A DNA stretch of 64,000 nucleotides from Bacteroidia bacterium (GCA_016218155.1 JACREQ010000105.1:129294-193293), one strand, 5' to 3'; shown: positions 47,996-60,874, counted from the stretch's first letter. Program-made: numbers and translations. The notes: generated by a model not told the origin, from the letters alone.

Positions 47996-50900
47996 CTATT
48001 CTGAAACTTCAACTCCGCGTTTACGAGTAGTCATATTTTCTAGTTCTTGCTTAGAACCTACAATCATTTTTGAGTATTCGCGTAATCCAGTACCAGCTGG
48101 TATTAAATGTCCAACAATAACGTTTTCTTTTAATCCTTGTAAGTAATCTATTTTACCTCTGATTGCTGCTTCGTTTAGAACTTTTGTTGTCTCCTGGAAT
48201 GATGCAGCAGACATAAAACTCTTTGTTTGAAGAGCAGCTCTGGTAATACCTTGTAAAACCTGACTTGAAGTTGCTGGAACTGCGTCTAAAGCGGTAGCAA
48301 GTTTCTTATCTTTACGTTTTAACATTGAATTTTCATCACGTAATTTACGAGCAGTAATAATCATACCTGGTTTCAAAACTTCTGAATCGCCAGCATCTGT
48401 AATGATTTTTTTGTCGTAAATCCAATCGTTTTCTTCCATAAAATCAAGTTTATCAACTAATGATTTCTCTAAGAAACGAGTGTCGCCCTGATCTTCAATA
48501 TGTACTTTACGCATCATTTGACGTACAATAATTTCAAAGTGTTTATCATTAATCTTAACACCCTGAAGTCTGTACACTTCCTGAATTTCATTTACAATAT
48601 ATTCCTGAACAACAGTTGGTCCTTTGATTGATAAAATATCATTTGGTGTTATTGCTCCATCTGATAATGGTGTACCAGCACGAACATAATCACTTTCCTG
48701 AACAAGTATCTGTTTTGATAAAGGAACAAGATACTTTTTAACCTCACCGGTTTTTGAAGTAATTACAATTTCGCGATTACCTCTCTTTATTTTACCATAA
48801 GATACTTCACCGTCAATTTCGGCAACAACAGCAGGATTTGACGGGTTACGAGCTTCAAATAATTCGGTTACTCTTGGTAAACCTCCAGTGATATCACCAG
48901 ATTTTCCAACAGCTCTTGGTATTTTAACAAGTACAGTACCTGTCTTTATTTTATCGCCCTGATTTACAGAAACGTGAGAACCAACAGGGATACTGTAGTT
49001 TTTAAGTACATCGCCTGTTGTTGTAACAATTTTAATTGTTGGGTTCTTAGTTTTATCACGGGTTTCAATAATAACTTTTTCCTTAAATCCAGTTTGTTCA
49101 TCAGACTCTTCGCGGAAAGTAACACCTTCAATCACATTCTCGAAATCAATTTTTCCGGTAGCTTCTGAAATAATTACAGCATTATATGGATCCCATTCAC
49201 AAATGAGCTCACCTTTTTTAACTGGGGTATTATTTTTAACATATAACTTAGAACCATAAGGTAAGTTATGTGTCATTAATACGATACCTGTTTTCTTGTC
49301 AACAATTCTCATTTCAGCTAAACGACTAACAACAACGTCATATGAAGCATTCTTGTCTTCACTGTATTCAACTGTTCTAAGTTCGTCAACTTCAACTATA
49401 CCTTCATAACGAGCTACAATATTTGATTCAGATGTAATATTAGCTGCAACCCCTCCAACGTGGAATGTACGAAGAGTAAGCTGTGTTCCTGGTTCACCAA
49501 TTGATTGTGCTGCAATTACACCAACAGCTTCACCCATTTGAACCATTCTACCGTTTGACAAGTTTCTGCCGTAACATTTAGCACAAACTCCCTTTTTAGA
49601 TTCACAGGTTAATACCGAACGAATTTCTACATGTTCTATTGGTGACTCCTGAATTACTTTAGCTATATCTTCAATAATTTCTTCACCTGCTTCAATAATT
49701 AACTCACCTGTATTTGGGTGATATATGTTATGAACAGAAACTCTACCCAATATTCTATCATATAATGTTTCTACAACTTCTTCACCTTTTTTAAGTGTTG
49801 ATGCTATTAATCCACGTAATGTTCCACAATCATTCATAGAAATAATAACATCCTGTGAAACGTCAACTAATCTACGTGTTAAATATCCAGCATCAGCTGT
49901 TTTCAAAGCTGTATCTGCAAGACCTTTTCTGGCACCGTGAGTAGAAATAAAATACTCAAGTACTGAAAGCCCTTCTTTAAAGTTAGCTAAAATTGGATTC
50001 TCAATAATTTCAGAACCAGTTGATCCTGATTTTTGAGGTTTAGCCATAAGACCTCTCATTCCGCATAACTGACGAATCTGTTCTTTAGATCCACGAGCTC
50101 CGGAGTCAAGCATCATATAAATCGGGTTAAATCCCTGATTATCTTCTGAAATTTGTTTTAAAACTAAGTTTGTAAGCTTAGCATTTGTATGTGTCCAGAT
50201 ATCAATAATCTGATTATATCGCTCATTGTTTGTGATGAATCCCATATTATAGTTTGACATCACTTCTTCAACTTGCTGATAACCATCATTTACTAACGTT
50301 TGTTTTTCAGCAGGAATGATTACGTCATTTAAGTTGAATGATAATCCACCTTTAAACGCCATTTGGTATCCCATACTCTTGATATCATCAAGAAACTTTG
50401 CAGCACTTGCAATACCAGTAACTTTTAAAACATTAGCAATAATATCTCTTAACGATTTCTTAGTTAAAAGTTCATTAATATATCCTACTTCTTTAGGTAC
50501 AACTTCATTAAACAATACTCTACCTACTGTTGTTTCGATTAGTTTTAATTCTATTTTTCCATCAACTAAATCGTAGGTTTTAACTTTAATGTTAGCATGA
50601 AGTTCAGCAGCTCTTTCGTTATAAGCAATAATAACTTCTTCAGGAGAATAGAAAATTAATCCTTCACCTTTAATTGGTTTTTCAGGAGTACTTTTTCTAG
50701 CCTTTGTAATATAATATAAACCTAAAACCATATCCTGAGAAGGAACTGCAACCGGAGCACCGTTAGCAGGGTTTAGAATATTATGTGAAGCAAGCATTAA
50801 TAATTGAGCTTCTAAAATTGCGGCATTACCTAAAGGCAAATGAACTGCCATCTGGTCACCGTCAAAGTCAGCGTTGAAAGCTGTACAAACCAAAGGATGC

Positions 50901-52282
50901 AACTGAATTGCCTTTCCTTCGATAAGTTTTGGCTGGAATGCCTGAATACCCAAACGGTGCAATGTTGGAGCACGGTTTAGTAAAACAGGATGTCCTTTTA
51001 GTACATTTTCTAAAATATCCCAAACTACAGGATCACGGCGGTCAACAATTTTCTTTGCAGATTTAACTGTTTTAACAATACCACGCTCAATAAGTTTACG
51101 AATAACAAATGGTTTATATAATTCGGCTGCCATATCTTTTGGCAAACCGCATTCGTGTAATAACAAATCTGGTCCAACGACGATTACCGAACGAGCTGAA
51201 TAATCAACACGTTTACCAAGTAAATTCTGACGGAAACGACCTTGTTTTCCTTTTAAGCTATCACTTAATGATTTTAACGGACGGTTAGCATCGGTTTTTA
51301 CAGCATTTGATTTACGTGAGTTATCAAGTAAGCTGTCAACAGCTTCCTGCAACATACGTTTTTCATTTCTTAAAATAACTTCAGGAGCTTTAATATCAAT
51401 TAATCGTTTTAGACGATTATTACGAATAATTACTCTTCTGTATAAGTCATTTAAGTCACTAGTTGCAAACCTACCACCATCAAGTGGAACAAGAGGCCTT
51501 AATTCTGGTGGGATAACCGGAATAACTTTTAAAATCATCCACTCAGGACGATTTAGATTTTTAGATTCACGGAAAGCCTCAACAGTTTGTAAGCGTTTTA
51601 AAGCCTCGTTTTTACGTTGTTGTGAAGTTTCGGTTTTTGCCTGATTACGTAAATTGTAAGAAAGCTCATCCAAATCAATTATTGAAAGCAACTCATGCAA
51701 TGCATCAGCTCCCATTTTTGCAATAAATTTATTTGGATCTGAATCTTCAAGAAATTGATTGTCTTTTGGTAAAGCATCAATTATTGCAACATATTCTTCT
51801 TCTGTAAGAAAATCCATTTTCTGTAAGCCGTCAGCAGCTTTAAAACCTGGATTAATTACAACATAACGCTCATAATAAATAATTGCATCAAGCTTTTTGG
51901 AAGGTAAGCCCAATAACGCTCCAATTTTATTTGGCAATGATCTGAAATACCAGATATGTGAAACAGGAACTATTAATTCAATATGACCTATGCGTTCACG
52001 TCTAACTTTCTTCTCAGTTACTTCAACTCCGCAACGGTCGCAAACAATACCTTTATATCTGATTCTTTTGTATTTACCGCAGTGACATTCAAAATCCTTA
52101 ACTGGACCGAAAATTCTTTCGCAGAATAATCCATCACGTTCAGGCTTATATGTTCTGTAGTTAATTGTCTCGGGTTTAATAACTTCGCCACTGGAACGTT
52201 CTAAAATTTCCTCAGGAGAAGCTAAACCGATAACGATTTTCGAAAAAGTACTTTTAACTTTATTATCTCTTCTAAAAGCCAT
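47996..52282 (-). CDS. rpoC: DNA-directed RNA polymerase subunit beta'
   Basis: 1428 aa; zinc-binding CHCGKYK...CDRCGVEV, catalytic [12 protein letters not shown], trigger-loop and bridge-helix motifs. Confidence 0.99.
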   Translation of the reverse strand: MAFRRDNKVKSTFSKIVIGLASPEEILERSSGEVIKPETINYRTYKPERDGLFCERIFGPVKDFECHCGKYKRIRYKGIVCDRCGVEVTEKKVRRERIGHIELIVPVSHIWYFRSLPNKIGALLGLPSKKLDAIIYYERYVVINPGFKAADGLQKMDFLTEEEYVAIIDALPKDNQFLEDSDPNKFIAKMGADALHELLSIIDLDELSYNLRNQAKTETSQQRKNEALKRLQTVEAFRESKNLNRPEWMILKVIPVIPPELRPLVPLDGGRFATSDLNDLYRRVIIRNNRLKRLIDIKAPEVILRNEKRMLQEAVDSLLDNSRKSNAVKTDANRPLKSLSDSLKGKQGRFRQNLLGKRVDYSARSVIVVGPDLLLHECGLPKDMAAELYKPFVIRKLIERGIVKTVKSAKKIVDRRDPVVWDILENVLKGHPVLLNRAPTLHRLGIQAFQPKLIEGKAIQLHPLVCTAFNADFDGDQMAVHLPLGNAAILEAQLLMLASHNILNPANGAPVAVPSQDMVLGLYYITKARKSTPEKPIKGEGLIFYSPEEVIIAYNERAAELHANIKVKTYDLVDGKIELKLIETTVGRVLFNEVVPKEVGYINELLTKKSLRDIIANVLKVTGIASAAKFLDDIKSMGYQMAFKGGLSFNLNDVIIPAEKQTLVNDGYQQVEEVMSNYNMGFITNNERYNQIIDIWTHTNAKLTNLVLKQISEDNQGFNPIYMMLDSGARGSKEQIRQLCGMRGLMAKPQKSGSTGSEIIENPILANFKEGLSVLEYFISTHGARKGLADTALKTADAGYLTRRLVDVSQDVIISMNDCGTLRGLIASTLKKGEEVVETLYDRILGRVSVHNIYHPNTGELIIEAGEEIIEDIAKVIQESPIEHVEIRSVLTCESKKGVCAKCYGRNLSNGRMVQMGEAVGVIAAQSIGEPGTQLTLRTFHVGGVAANITSESNIVARYEGIVEVDELRTVEYSEDKNASYDVVVSRLAEMRIVDKKTGIVLMTHNLPYGSKLYVKNNTPVKKGELICEWDPYNAVIISEATGKIDFENVIEGVTFREESDEQTGFKEKVIIETRDKTKNPTIKIVTTTGDVLKNYSIPVGSHVSVNQGDKIKTGTVLVKIPRAVGKSGDITGGLPRVTELFEARNPSNPAVVAEIDGEVSYGKIKRGNREIVITSKTGEVKKYLVPLSKQILVQESDYVRAGTPLSDGAITPNDILSIKGPTVVQEYIVNEIQEVYRLQGVKINDKHFEIIVRQMMRKVHIEDQGDTRFLEKSLVDKLDFMEENDWIYDKKIITDAGDSEVLKPGMIITARKLRDENSMLKRKDKKLATALDAVPATSSQVLQGITRAALQTKSFMSAASFQETTKVLNEAAIRGKIDYLQGLKENVIVGHLIPAGTGLREYSKMIVGSKQELENMTTRKRGVEVSE

Positions 52283-52305
52283 GGCTTAATTTTTTTAAAG
52301 TGAAA

Positions 52306-52328
52306 TTCCGGAGTATTTTACTCCGGAA
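52306..52328 (-). promoter_or_regulatory. Perfect 10-bp hairpin in the rpoB-rpoC spacer
   Basis: TTCCGGAGTA-TTT-TACTCCGGAA, centred in the 51-nt rpoB-rpoC gap. Confidence 0.5.
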
Positions 52329-52333
52329 AAAAA

Positions 52334-55300
52334 CTATTCTAAATTAATACTTAATCCTAATCCACGTAACTCATGAATGAGCACGTTAAGCGATTCTGGA
52401 ATACCAGGTATTGGCATTGGTTCACCTTTAACAATAGCTTCATAAGCTTTTGCACGACCAATAACATCATCTGATTTAATAGTAAGTATTTCCTGTAATA
52501 TATTTGCAGCTCCGAATGCTTCAAGAGCCCAAACCTCCATTTCACCAAAACGCTGACCTCCAAATTGCGCTTTACCGCCAAGTGGTTGTTGAGTAATAAG
52601 TGAATATGGTCCGATTGAACGAGCATGCATTTTGTCGTCAACCATATGACCAAGTTTTAGCATATAAATAATACCTACTGTTGCAGGCTGGTCAAATTTT
52701 TCACCAGTACCACCATCGTATAAATAAACACGACCGTATCTAGGTAAGCCAGCTTTATCAGTATATTCATTTATTTCATCAAGGTTTGCACCATCAAAAA
52801 TAGGAGTAGCGAAAGTCATTCCTAACTCACGACCTGCCCAAGCAAGAACTGTTTCATAAATCTGTCCCAAGTTCATACGAGAAGGTACACCAAGTGGGTT
52901 TAGAACGATGTCAACAGGTGTTCCGTTTTCAAGGAAAGGCATATCTTCTTCGCGAACGATTCTTGATACGATACCTTTATTTCCGTGACGACCTGCCATT
53001 TTATCACCAACTTTTACAACACGTTTCTGAGCTACATAAACTTTTGCAAGTTTTACAATACCTGCTGGTAACTCATCACCAATTGTAAGATTGAATTTTT
53101 TACGTTTAACTTCAGCCTCAATTTCTTTATATTTAATAATATAGTTATTGAGTAAGTCTCTGATTATGTCATTCTTTGCTTTATCGGTAGTCCATTTATT
53201 TGGATTAATATTGATAAAGTCAACTATCTGAAGCATTTTTAATGTAAACTTCTCACCTTTAGCAATTACATCAACATTATAGTAATCTTTAACACCCTGA
53301 GAAGTTTTACCATTAACTACAACAAATAATTTCTCTATTAAACGTTGTTTAAAGTCAAGGTATTTTTTACTTGCTTCTTCATCAATTTTGTCAAGAAGAG
53401 TTTTCTCAGCAACTTTTACTTTTCTGTCTTTTATCTGACGGGCAAAAAGTTTTTTGTCGATTACTACTCCATACATTGATGGTGGAACTTTTAATGATGC
53501 ATCTTTTACATCACCAGCTTTGTCACCAAAAATCGCTCTAAGTAGTTTCTCTTCTGGAGAAGGATCTGTTTCACCTTTTGGTGTAATTTTTCCAATCAAG
53601 ATATCTCCTGGTTGTACATAAGCACCAATACGAATTAATCCATTTTCATCAAGATTTCTTGTAGCTTCTTCGCTAACGTTTGGAATATCAGAAGTTAATT
53701 CTTCAACGCCACGTTTTGTATCACGAACTTCAAGAATAAATTCATCAATATGCAAGGAAGTAAAAGCGTCTTCTTTTACAAGCTTTTCGTTGATAACGAT
53801 AGCATCCTCAAAGTTAAAACCTTTCCATGGCATGAAAGCAACCATCAGGTTTCTACCTAATGCTAATTCACCACCTTTAGTTGCATAACCTTCTGTAAGT
53901 ACCTGACCTTTTACAACTTTCTGTCCCTTTTTTACTACTGGTCTTAAAGTTATTGTTGTATTCTGGTTAGTCTTACGGAATTTTAAAATATTATAAACGA
54001 CAACGTCATCATTAAAGCTAACGAATCTTTCTTCGTCTGTACGTTTGTAACGAACAACGATTTCTTTTCCGTCAACATATTCTACAACGCCATCAGCTTC
54101 TGCCATCAATAATGCACGTGAATCAAGTGCTACTTTTTCTTCTAATCCGGTTCCAACTATAGGAGCCTGTGGTTGAAGCAAAGGAACAGCCTGACGCATC
54201 ATGTTTGAACCCATAAGAGCACGGTTCGCATCATCATGTTCTAAGAATGGTATTAAACTCGCTGCAATAGATGCAATCTGATTTGGAGCAACGTCCATTA
54301 ACTGAATCTGATCTTTATCTAGAACTGGAAAATCTCCACGGAAACGAGCTTTAACCTTAGCACTTAAAAACTCACCTTTTTCATTTACTTCAGCATTAGC
54401 CTGTGCAATGATTTTTTCTTCTTCTTCTTCAGCACTTAAATAAACTACGTTCTCATCAACTAAGTCAACGCTTCCGTTACCAGCCTGACGATATGGAGTT
54501 TCAATAAATCCTAGAACATTGATTTTTGCATAAACGCAAAGTGAAGAAATAAGACCGATATTTGGTCCTTCAGGAGTTTCAATAGGACAAAGTCTGCCAT
54601 AGTGAGTGTAATGAACGTCACGCACTTCGAATCCTGCACGTTCGCGGGTTAAACCGCCTGGTCCAAGTGCAGATAAACGACGTTTATGAGTCATTTCAGC
54701 TAATGGATTGGTTTGATCCATGAATTGTGATAGCTGATTAGTTCCAAAGAATGTATTAATTACTGAAGATAAACTCTTAGCATTAATAAGATCAATTGGA
54801 GTGAAAACCTCATTATCACGAACGTTCATTTTCTCGCGAATTGTACGTGCCATACGAGCTAAACCAACACCAAATTGCGCTGATAATTGCTCACCAACTG
54901 TACGAACTCTACGATTACTTAAGTGGTCAATATCATCTACATCAGCTTTTGAATTGATAAGCTCAATTAAATATCTGATGATGTAAATAATATCATTTTT
55001 GGTAAGAATTTTTGTATCAATTGGAATATCAAGTCCCAATTTTTTATTGATACGATATCTTCCTACTTCACCTAAATCATACCTTTTTATTGAGAAGAAC
55101 AATTTGTCAATAACGTCACGAGCTGTTTCTTCATCAGGTGGCTCAGCATTACGTAACTGACGATAAATATACATTACAGCTTCCTTTTCAGAGTTACAAG
55201 GATCCTTTTGTAATGTATTGTAAATAATTGCAAAATCAGCTAAATTCTGATCTTCTTTATGCAATAATATAGTTTTTGAACCTGAATCAACTATTAGATC

Positions 55301-56143
55301 AATATGATCTTTATCAATAATTGTTTCACGATCAATAATAATTTCATTTCTTTCAATTGATACAACTTCGCCGGTATCTTCATCAACGAAATCTTCAATC
55401 CATGTTTTTAAAACACGAGCAGCAAGTTTTCTGCCGATAAGTTTTTTGATAGCAGCTTTTGATACTTTTACCTCTTCAGCTAATCCGAAAATTTCTAAAA
55501 TATCTTTATCGCTTTCAAAACCTATAGCACGAAGCAAAGTTGTTACTGGTAATTTCTTTTTTCTGTCGATGTAAGCATACATAACATTGTTAATGTCAGT
55601 AGCAAACTCAATCCAAGATCCTTTAAAAGGGATAATTCTTGCAGAATAAAGTTTTGTACCATTTGCATGTACACTTTGTCCGAAAAATACTCCTGGTGAT
55701 CTGTGTAACTGAGAAACAATAACTCTTTCGGCTCCATTAATTACAAAGGTTCCGCGAGGTGTCATATAAGGAACTGTTCCTAAATAAACATCCTGAATTA
55801 CTGTATCAAAATCCTCGTGATCAGGGTCGGTGCAATACAACTTAAGCTTAGCTTTAAGAGCTACGCTATATGATAATCCTCTTTCAATACATTCATTAAG
55901 TACATATCGTGGAGGATCTACAAAATAATCAATAAACTCTAACACGAAATTATTTCGTGTATCTGAAATCGGAAAATTTTCCTGGAAAACTCTATGTAAG
56001 CCTTCCATTTTTCGTTTTTCAGGTGTGGAATTTAATTGAAAAAATTCCTCAAAAGACTTTACTTGAATCTCAAGAAAATCAGGATATTCATACTGATTCT
56101 TGGTTGAAGAAAAGCTTATCCTATTATTATTTTTAACAGACAT
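52334..56143 (-). CDS. rpoB: DNA-directed RNA polymerase subunit beta
   Basis: 1269 aa; the rifampicin-cluster region [34 protein letters not shown] and the catalytic NMQRQ-equivalent [10 protein letters not shown]. Confidence 0.99.
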   Translation of the reverse strand: MSVKNNNRISFSSTKNQYEYPDFLEIQVKSFEEFFQLNSTPEKRKMEGLHRVFQENFPISDTRNNFVLEFIDYFVDPPRYVLNECIERGLSYSVALKAKLKLYCTDPDHEDFDTVIQDVYLGTVPYMTPRGTFVINGAERVIVSQLHRSPGVFFGQSVHANGTKLYSARIIPFKGSWIEFATDINNVMYAYIDRKKKLPVTTLLRAIGFESDKDILEIFGLAEEVKVSKAAIKKLIGRKLAARVLKTWIEDFVDEDTGEVVSIERNEIIIDRETIIDKDHIDLIVDSGSKTILLHKEDQNLADFAIIYNTLQKDPCNSEKEAVMYIYRQLRNAEPPDEETARDVIDKLFFSIKRYDLGEVGRYRINKKLGLDIPIDTKILTKNDIIYIIRYLIELINSKADVDDIDHLSNRRVRTVGEQLSAQFGVGLARMARTIREKMNVRDNEVFTPIDLINAKSLSSVINTFFGTNQLSQFMDQTNPLAEMTHKRRLSALGPGGLTRERAGFEVRDVHYTHYGRLCPIETPEGPNIGLISSLCVYAKINVLGFIETPYRQAGNGSVDLVDENVVYLSAEEEEEKIIAQANAEVNEKGEFLSAKVKARFRGDFPVLDKDQIQLMDVAPNQIASIAASLIPFLEHDDANRALMGSNMMRQAVPLLQPQAPIVGTGLEEKVALDSRALLMAEADGVVEYVDGKEIVVRYKRTDEERFVSFNDDVVVYNILKFRKTNQNTTITLRPVVKKGQKVVKGQVLTEGYATKGGELALGRNLMVAFMPWKGFNFEDAIVINEKLVKEDAFTSLHIDEFILEVRDTKRGVEELTSDIPNVSEEATRNLDENGLIRIGAYVQPGDILIGKITPKGETDPSPEEKLLRAIFGDKAGDVKDASLKVPPSMYGVVIDKKLFARQIKDRKVKVAEKTLLDKIDEEASKKYLDFKQRLIEKLFVVVNGKTSQGVKDYYNVDVIAKGEKFTLKMLQIVDFININPNKWTTDKAKNDIIRDLLNNYIIKYKEIEAEVKRKKFNLTIGDELPAGIVKLAKVYVAQKRVVKVGDKMAGRHGNKGIVSRIVREEDMPFLENGTPVDIVLNPLGVPSRMNLGQIYETVLAWAGRELGMTFATPIFDGANLDEINEYTDKAGLPRYGRVYLYDGGTGEKFDQPATVGIIYMLKLGHMVDDKMHARSIGPYSLITQQPLGGKAQFGGQRFGEMEVWALEAFGAANILQEILTIKSDDVIGRAKAYEAIVKGEPMPIPGIPESLNVLIHELRGLGLSINLE

Positions 56144-56180
56144 GTAAAACTAAATTAGTTGAAATTCAATAAATATAACG

Positions 56181-56211
56181 ACAAAAAGGCTTAAAGCCTA
56201 AACGGCTTTAA
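56181..56211 (-). terminator. Attenuator-like hairpin between rplL and rpoB
   Basis: On the minus strand: TTAAAGCC-GTTTA-GGCTTTAA followed by GCCTTTTTGT. An alternative AGGCTT-A-AAGCCT pairing overlaps it. E. coli has a partial terminator at the same position. Confidence 0.5.
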
Positions 56212-56239
56212 ACCTGTAGTTTTTGATTGAACTTCCTTT

Positions 56240-56611
56240 TTATTTAAGTTCAACTTCTGCGCCTGCTTCTACTAATTGAGCTTTTAATGATTCAGCTTCT
56301 TCTTTAGAGCAGCCTTCTTTTACAGCTTTTGGTGCAGCGTCAACTAAGTCTTTTGCTTCTTTAAGTCCAAGACCTGTTAATTCTTTTACCAATTTTACTA
56401 TTTGTAATTTAGCACCACCTGGTGATTTTAAAATCACATCAAATGAACTTTTTTCGGCTGGAGCAGCAGCTTCAGCTGGAGCAGCAGCAACTGCAACTGC
56501 AGCAGCAGCTGGTTCGATGCCATACTCGTCTTTTAAAATTTGTGCTAACTCGTTTACTTCTTTTACTGTAAGGTTAACTAATTGTTCTGCGAAAACTTTT
56601 AAATCTGCCAT
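56240..56611 (-). CDS. rplL: 50S ribosomal protein L7/L12
   Basis: 123 aa; Ala-rich hinge and C-terminal domain [19 protein letters not shown]. Confidence 0.98.
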   Translation of the reverse strand: MADLKVFAEQLVNLTVKEVNELAQILKDEYGIEPAAAAVAVAAAPAEAAAPAEKSSFDVILKSPGGAKLQIVKLVKELTGLGLKEAKDLVDAAPKAVKEGCSKEEAESLKAQLVEAGAEVELK

Positions 56612-56647
56612 TTTTCTGTTTTTATAAATTAAAAACTTGATTAATTA

Positions 56648-57163
56648 TTATTTTTCTGAAAGAGTTTTTACGACTCCTGCTAATATGTTCTTGCCTGATT
56701 GAAGTGAAGACATAACATTGTTTAATGGTGATTGTAACATTAAAATAATATCACCAATAAGTTGTTCTTTACTCTTAATCGCAACAAGTTTATCAACCTG
56801 GTTGTCGCCAATATATACTGATTCTTCTACAAAAGCACCTTTCAATAAAGGTTTTTTATTTGTTTTGCGGAATTCTTTTATCAGTTTTGCGGGAGCGCTT
56901 GCTGTGTTTGAAAACATTACTGATGTTCCACCTTGTAAAACATCAAATAATTCGTTATATTTCCCATCAAATGACTCCATTGCTTTACGAAGCAATGTGT
57001 TTTTTACTACAACTAGTTCGATGTCTTTATCAAAACATTTACGACGTAAGCTGCTTGTATCAGAGGCATTTAAATCAGAAATATCAGCAAGATAGAAATG
57101 ACTGAAGTTTTGTAAACGACCGGTCAAATCTTTAATGATTTTATCTTTATCTTCTTTTATCAT
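56648..57163 (-). CDS. rplJ: 50S ribosomal protein L10
   Basis: 171 aa; position and sequence typical of L10. Confidence 0.95.
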   Translation of the reverse strand: MIKEDKDKIIKDLTGRLQNFSHFYLADISDLNASDTSSLRRKCFDKDIELVVVKNTLLRKAMESFDGKYNELFDVLQGGTSVMFSNTASAPAKLIKEFRKTNKKPLLKGAFVEESVYIGDNQVDKLVAIKSKEQLIGDIILMLQSPLNNVMSSLQSGKNILAGVVKTLSEK

Positions 57164-57182
57164 GTGTTCCTTTAGATTTAGA

Positions 57183-57875
57183 TTAATCTACTGATTTTGA
57201 ATCAATCTGAATACCCGGACTCATGGTACTAGAAAGATAAATACTTTTCATGTATGTACCTTTTGCAGCAGTTGGTTTTAATTTAATAATGGTACGAATA
57301 AATTCTTTTGCATTATCAATCAACTGTTCTTCATTAAAAGATACTTTTCCAATAGAAGAATGAATTATACCATATTTATCAACTTTGAAGTCGATTTTAC
57401 CCATTTTCACTTCTTTTACTGCTTTTCCAATTTCCATTGTAACAGTACCGCTTTTTGGGTTTGGCATAAGTCCACGAGGTCCAAGGACTTTTCCAAGGGC
57501 GCCTATTTTTGCCATTACTGATGGCATTGTAATAATAACATCAATATCTGTCCAACCGCCCTTAATTTTTTCGATATAATCTTCAAGACCTACATAGTCA
57601 GCACCTGCTTCAGTAGCTTCATTCACTTTATCTGGTGTACAAAGAACTAAAACACGTGTCTGTTTTCCTGTACCATGAGGAAGTGTAACGATACCACGAA
57701 CCATTTGATTGGCTTTGCGTGGATCAACACCAAGTCTGATATCAAGATCAACTGAAGCATCGAATTTTGTAAAAGTCAGGGTTTTCACAAGCTTAGCTGC
57801 ATCATTTAAGGTATATGACATATTTGCGTCAACCTTAGAAAGAGCAACTTTCTGGTTTTTTGTAATTTTTCCCAT
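57183..57875 (-). CDS. rplA: 50S ribosomal protein L1
   Basis: 230 aa; [24 protein letters not shown] and LPHGTGK motifs. Confidence 0.98.
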   Translation of the reverse strand: MGKITKNQKVALSKVDANMSYTLNDAAKLVKTLTFTKFDASVDLDIRLGVDPRKANQMVRGIVTLPHGTGKQTRVLVLCTPDKVNEATEAGADYVGLEDYIEKIKGGWTDIDVIITMPSVMAKIGALGKVLGPRGLMPNPKSGTVTMEIGKAVKEVKMGKIDFKVDKYGIIHSSIGKVSFNEEQLIDNAKEFIRTIIKLKPTAAKGTYMKSIYLSSTMSPGIQIDSKSVD

Positions 57876-57888
57876 TGTTACTTTTTGT

Positions 57889-58332
57889 TTATTTCTTTAA
57901 AGGAGATTCTCCCTGAACTGTAACACCTAAACTTCTTGCTGTACCAGCTACCATTGACATAGCAGACTCGATAGTAAAGCAATTTAAATCGGGCATTTTA
58001 TCCAAGGCAATAGTTTTAACCTGATCCCAAGTTATTGAACCTACTTTATTTCGGTTTGGTTCTTTTGAACCTGACTGAAGTTTTGCAGCTTCAAGTACTT
58101 GAACCGATGCAGGAGGCGTTTTAACAACAAAGTCGAATGATTTATCAGCATATACTGTAATAAGTACTGGTAAAACTTTTCCAGCTTTGTCTTGGGTTCT
58201 GGCATTAAACTGTTTGCAAAACTCCATGATATTAACTCCTTTAGATCCTAAAGCTGGACCTACTGGAGGAGATGGGTTTGCAGCACCACCTTTAATCTGT
58301 AACTTAATATAAGTTTCTACTTGTTTTGCCAT
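57889..58332 (-). CDS. rplK: 50S ribosomal protein L11
   Basis: 147 aa; [20 protein letters not shown] motif. Confidence 0.98.
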   Translation of the reverse strand: MAKQVETYIKLQIKGGAANPSPPVGPALGSKGVNIMEFCKQFNARTQDKAGKVLPVLITVYADKSFDFVVKTPPASVQVLEAAKLQSGSKEPNRNKVGSITWDQVKTIALDKMPDLNCFTIESAMSMVAGTARSLGVTVQGESPLKK

Positions 58333-58350
58333 AACACTTAATCAAAATTT

Positions 58351-58896
58351 CTATTCTTTTTCAACTTGCATGAAACTAAGTTCTAGTGGAGTTTTTCTTC
58401 CGAAAATCTTTACCATAACTTTAAGTTTCTTTTTTTCTTCGTTAACCTCTTCGATAATTCCTGTAAATCCATTAAAAGGTCCATCAATAACCTTAACGGC
58501 TTCACTAACAAGGAAGGGGCTGTTAATTTCCTCATCGCTTTCAGCTAATTCATCTACTTTTCCAAGTATCCTATTCACTTCGGAAAGCTTTAGTGGGATA
58601 GGATTGCCTTCTTTGGATGCTAGAAATCCCAACACACCAGTAACATTTTTGATAATGTGTGTAATTTCACCAGCCAAAGTAGCTTCTAATAAAATGTAAC
58701 CTGGAAAGAAGCTACGTTCTTTACTAATTTTTTTACCATTTCTTATCTGGTAAACTTTTTCAGTAGGCACAAGAATTTGGGAAACAAATTCCTGAAGGTT
58801 AAAGCGATTTATTTCGGCTTCAATATACTCCTTAATCTTTTTCTCTTTGCCGCTTATAGCTCTAACTACATACCAATGTTTCACAATTTCTGCCAT
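58351..58896 (-). CDS. nusG: Transcription termination/antitermination factor NusG
   Basis: 181 aa; WYVVRAISGKEKK NGN domain and a C-terminal KOW (VIDGPFNGFTGIIEEV). Confidence 0.97.
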   Translation of the reverse strand: MAEIVKHWYVVRAISGKEKKIKEYIEAEINRFNLQEFVSQILVPTEKVYQIRNGKKISKERSFFPGYILLEATLAGEITHIIKNVTGVLGFLASKEGNPIPLKLSEVNRILGKVDELAESDEEINSPFLVSEAVKVIDGPFNGFTGIIEEVNEEKKKLKVMVKIFGRKTPLELSFMQVEKE

Positions 58897-58912
58897 GCTC
58901 TTCTAAAATGTA

Positions 58913-59107
58913 TTAATAGAACATACTATAAATTAGCCTCATGATGTTACTGAAACCGAAGTCCATTAACGAAACGATGAGCGCTATAATAAAGGAAGCA
59001 ACCATTACTACTATTGCACTTGATTGAAGCTCTTTCCAAGTTGGCCATGTAACCTTCTGGGTTAGTTCCAAATAAGCTTCTTGTAAATACAACTTTATTT
59101 TGTTCAT
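58913..59107 (-). CDS. secE: Preprotein translocase subunit SecE
   Basis: 64 aa; LELTQKVTWPTWKEL followed by a single TM; located between tRNA-Trp and nusG. Confidence 0.9.
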   Translation of the reverse strand: MNKIKLYLQEAYLELTQKVTWPTWKELQSSAIVVMVASFIIALIVSLMDFGFSNIMRLIYSMFY

Positions 59108-59120
59108 TTTAAAACTCTTT

Positions 59121-59193
59121 GCACGGGCGGAGAGACTCGAACTCCCAGCCTATAGTTTTGGAGACTACCACTCTACCAATTGAGCTACGCCCG
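59121..59193 (-). tRNA. tRNA-Trp (anticodon CCA)
   Basis: Hand-folded 73-nt cloverleaf: acceptor ACGGGCG/CGCCCGT, anticodon loop CUCCAAA, T-loop TTCGAGT. Confidence 0.9.
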
Positions 59194-59203
59194 TGTTTTG
59201 CCT

Positions 59204-59223
59204 AAAGAGCCCGTTAGGGCTCT
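59204..59223 (-). terminator. Hairpin between tuf and tRNA-Trp (processing site or partial terminator)
   Basis: AAGAGCCC-loop-GGGCTCTT, an 8-bp stem. There is no strong U-tract, so readthrough into tRNA-Trp/secE is likely. Confidence 0.45.
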
Positions 59224-59237
59224 TCATGCAATATTAA

Positions 59238-60425
59238 TTATTCAACAATTTCTGTAACCTGACCAGCACCAACTGTTCTACCACCTTCACGAATTGCAAA
59301 ACGCAATCCTTTATTAATAGCAACTGGGTAAATTAGGTCAACCTGAATAGTGATGTTATCACCTGGCATAATCATTTCTACACCTTCTGGAAGAATTACT
59401 TCACCAGTAATATCTAAAGTACGAATGTAGAACTGAGGACGATAGTGATTATGGAATGGAGTATGACGTCCACCTTCTTCTTTCTTAAGAATATAAACTT
59501 CAGCTTTAAATTTAGTATGAGGTGTAATTGATCCTGGTTTTGCCATTACCATACCTCTTTTAATTTCATTTTTGTCTACACCACGAAGTAATAAACCTAC
59601 GTTATCACCAGCTTCACCTCTATCAAGAATTTTACGGAACATTTCTACTCCGGTAACAACTGTTTTTCTTTTCTCTAATGTAATACCTACGATTTCCATT
59701 TCGTCGCCTGTATTTACAACACCTAATTCAACTCTACCTGTAGCAACTGTTCCGCGACCGGTAATTGAAAATACGTCTTCAACTGGCATTAAGAATGGTT
59801 TTTCATTCTCACGAGGAGGAATTGGAATATATGAATCAACTGCATCCATTAATTCCATAATTTTTTCAACCCATTTTGGGTCTCCGTTTAATCCACCAAG
59901 AGCTGATCCACGAATAACAGGAGCGTTATCACCATCAAATTTATAGAAACTTAATAGTTCACGTACTTCCATTTCAACAAGATCAAGCATTTCAACGTCT
60001 TCAACACTGTCTACTTTATTAATAAAAACTACCATTTTTGGTACATTTACCTGACGTGCTAAAAGAACGTGTTCTCTTGTTTGAGGCATAGGACCATCTG
60101 TTGCAGCAACAACAAGGATAGCTCCATCCATCTGAGCAGCACCGGTAACCATATTCTTGATATAATCGGCGTGACCAGGACAATCTATATGTGCATAGTG
60201 ACGAGTAGCTGTTTGATACTCGATATGAGCTGTATTAATAGTAATTCCTCTTTCTTTTTCTTCCGGAGCGTTATCGATAGAATCGAATGAACGGAATTCT
60301 GAAAGTCCTTTTTCGTGTAAAACTTTTGTAATAGCAGCTGTCAAAGTAGTCTTACCATGATCGATATGACCAATTGTACCTACATTCACATGCGCTTTAC
60401 TCCTATCAAATTTTTCTTTTGCCAT
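59238..60425 (-). CDS. tuf: Elongation factor Tu
   Basis: 395 aa; [21 protein letters not shown] motifs. Confidence 0.99.
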   Translation of the reverse strand: MAKEKFDRSKAHVNVGTIGHIDHGKTTLTAAITKVLHEKGLSEFRSFDSIDNAPEEKERGITINTAHIEYQTATRHYAHIDCPGHADYIKNMVTGAAQMDGAILVVAATDGPMPQTREHVLLARQVNVPKMVVFINKVDSVEDVEMLDLVEMEVRELLSFYKFDGDNAPVIRGSALGGLNGDPKWVEKIMELMDAVDSYIPIPPRENEKPFLMPVEDVFSITGRGTVATGRVELGVVNTGDEMEIVGITLEKRKTVVTGVEMFRKILDRGEAGDNVGLLLRGVDKNEIKRGMVMAKPGSITPHTKFKAEVYILKKEEGGRHTPFHNHYRPQFYIRTLDITGEVILPEGVEMIMPGDNITIQVDLIYPVAINKGLRFAIREGGRTVGAGQVTEIVE

Positions 60426-60481
60426 AATAATTGAAGGTTTTTGTTGAATATTTAATTGAACAATTTATTAAAAAATTTATG

Positions 60482-60553
<72 letters not shown>

Positions 60554-60560
60554 AAACCAG

Positions 60561-60633
60561 AGCGGGAAACGAGACTCGGACTCGCGACCCTCAGCGTGGA
60601 AGGCTGATGCTCTACCAACTGAGCTATTCCCGC
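60561..60633 (-). tRNA. tRNA-Gly (anticodon TCC)
   Basis: Hand-folded 73-nt cloverleaf; acceptor GCGGGAA/TTCCCGC; anticodon loop CTTCCAC. The T-loop reads TCCGAGT, with C at the position that is normally U55. Confidence 0.85.
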
Positions 60634-60640
60634 TGGTTTG

Positions 60641-60723
60641 TGGAGAGAGGAGGATTCGAACCTCCGAAGTCGTACGACAGCAGATTTACAGTCTGCCCCA
60701 GTTGGCCACTTTGGTATCTCTCC
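60641..60723 (-). tRNA. tRNA-Tyr (anticodon GTA), long variable arm
   Basis: 83 nt; acceptor GGAGAGA/TCTCTCC; anticodon loop CTGTAAA; T-loop TTCGAAT. Confidence 0.9.
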
Positions 60724-60748
60724 AGGTAAAAAATGTTCTCAATAGATG

Positions 60749-60822
60749 AGCCGGTGGAGGGATTCGAACCCCCGACCCGCTGATTACAAATCAGCTGCTC
60801 TGGCCAACTGAGCTACACTGGC
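60749..60822 (-). tRNA. tRNA-Thr (anticodon TGT)
   Basis: 74 nt; acceptor GCCAGTG/CACCGGC (one A:C mismatch at 4:69); anticodon loop TTTGTAA; T-loop TTCGAAT. Confidence 0.85.
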
Positions 60823-60874
60823 ATCTCAAAGAACGTAATTTTTGTTTCTGATTTTGTTTCTAAAAATCAGACCG

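Noticed and set aside
52357-60290. Numerous 60-125-aa ORFs inside rpoB, rpoC, rplJ, rplA, nusG and tuf (for example 52357-52653, 56718-57095, 58370-58699, 59572-59946).
   Set aside because: All are antisense or out of frame relative to highly conserved genes, with low-complexity translations. They are typical shadow ORFs.
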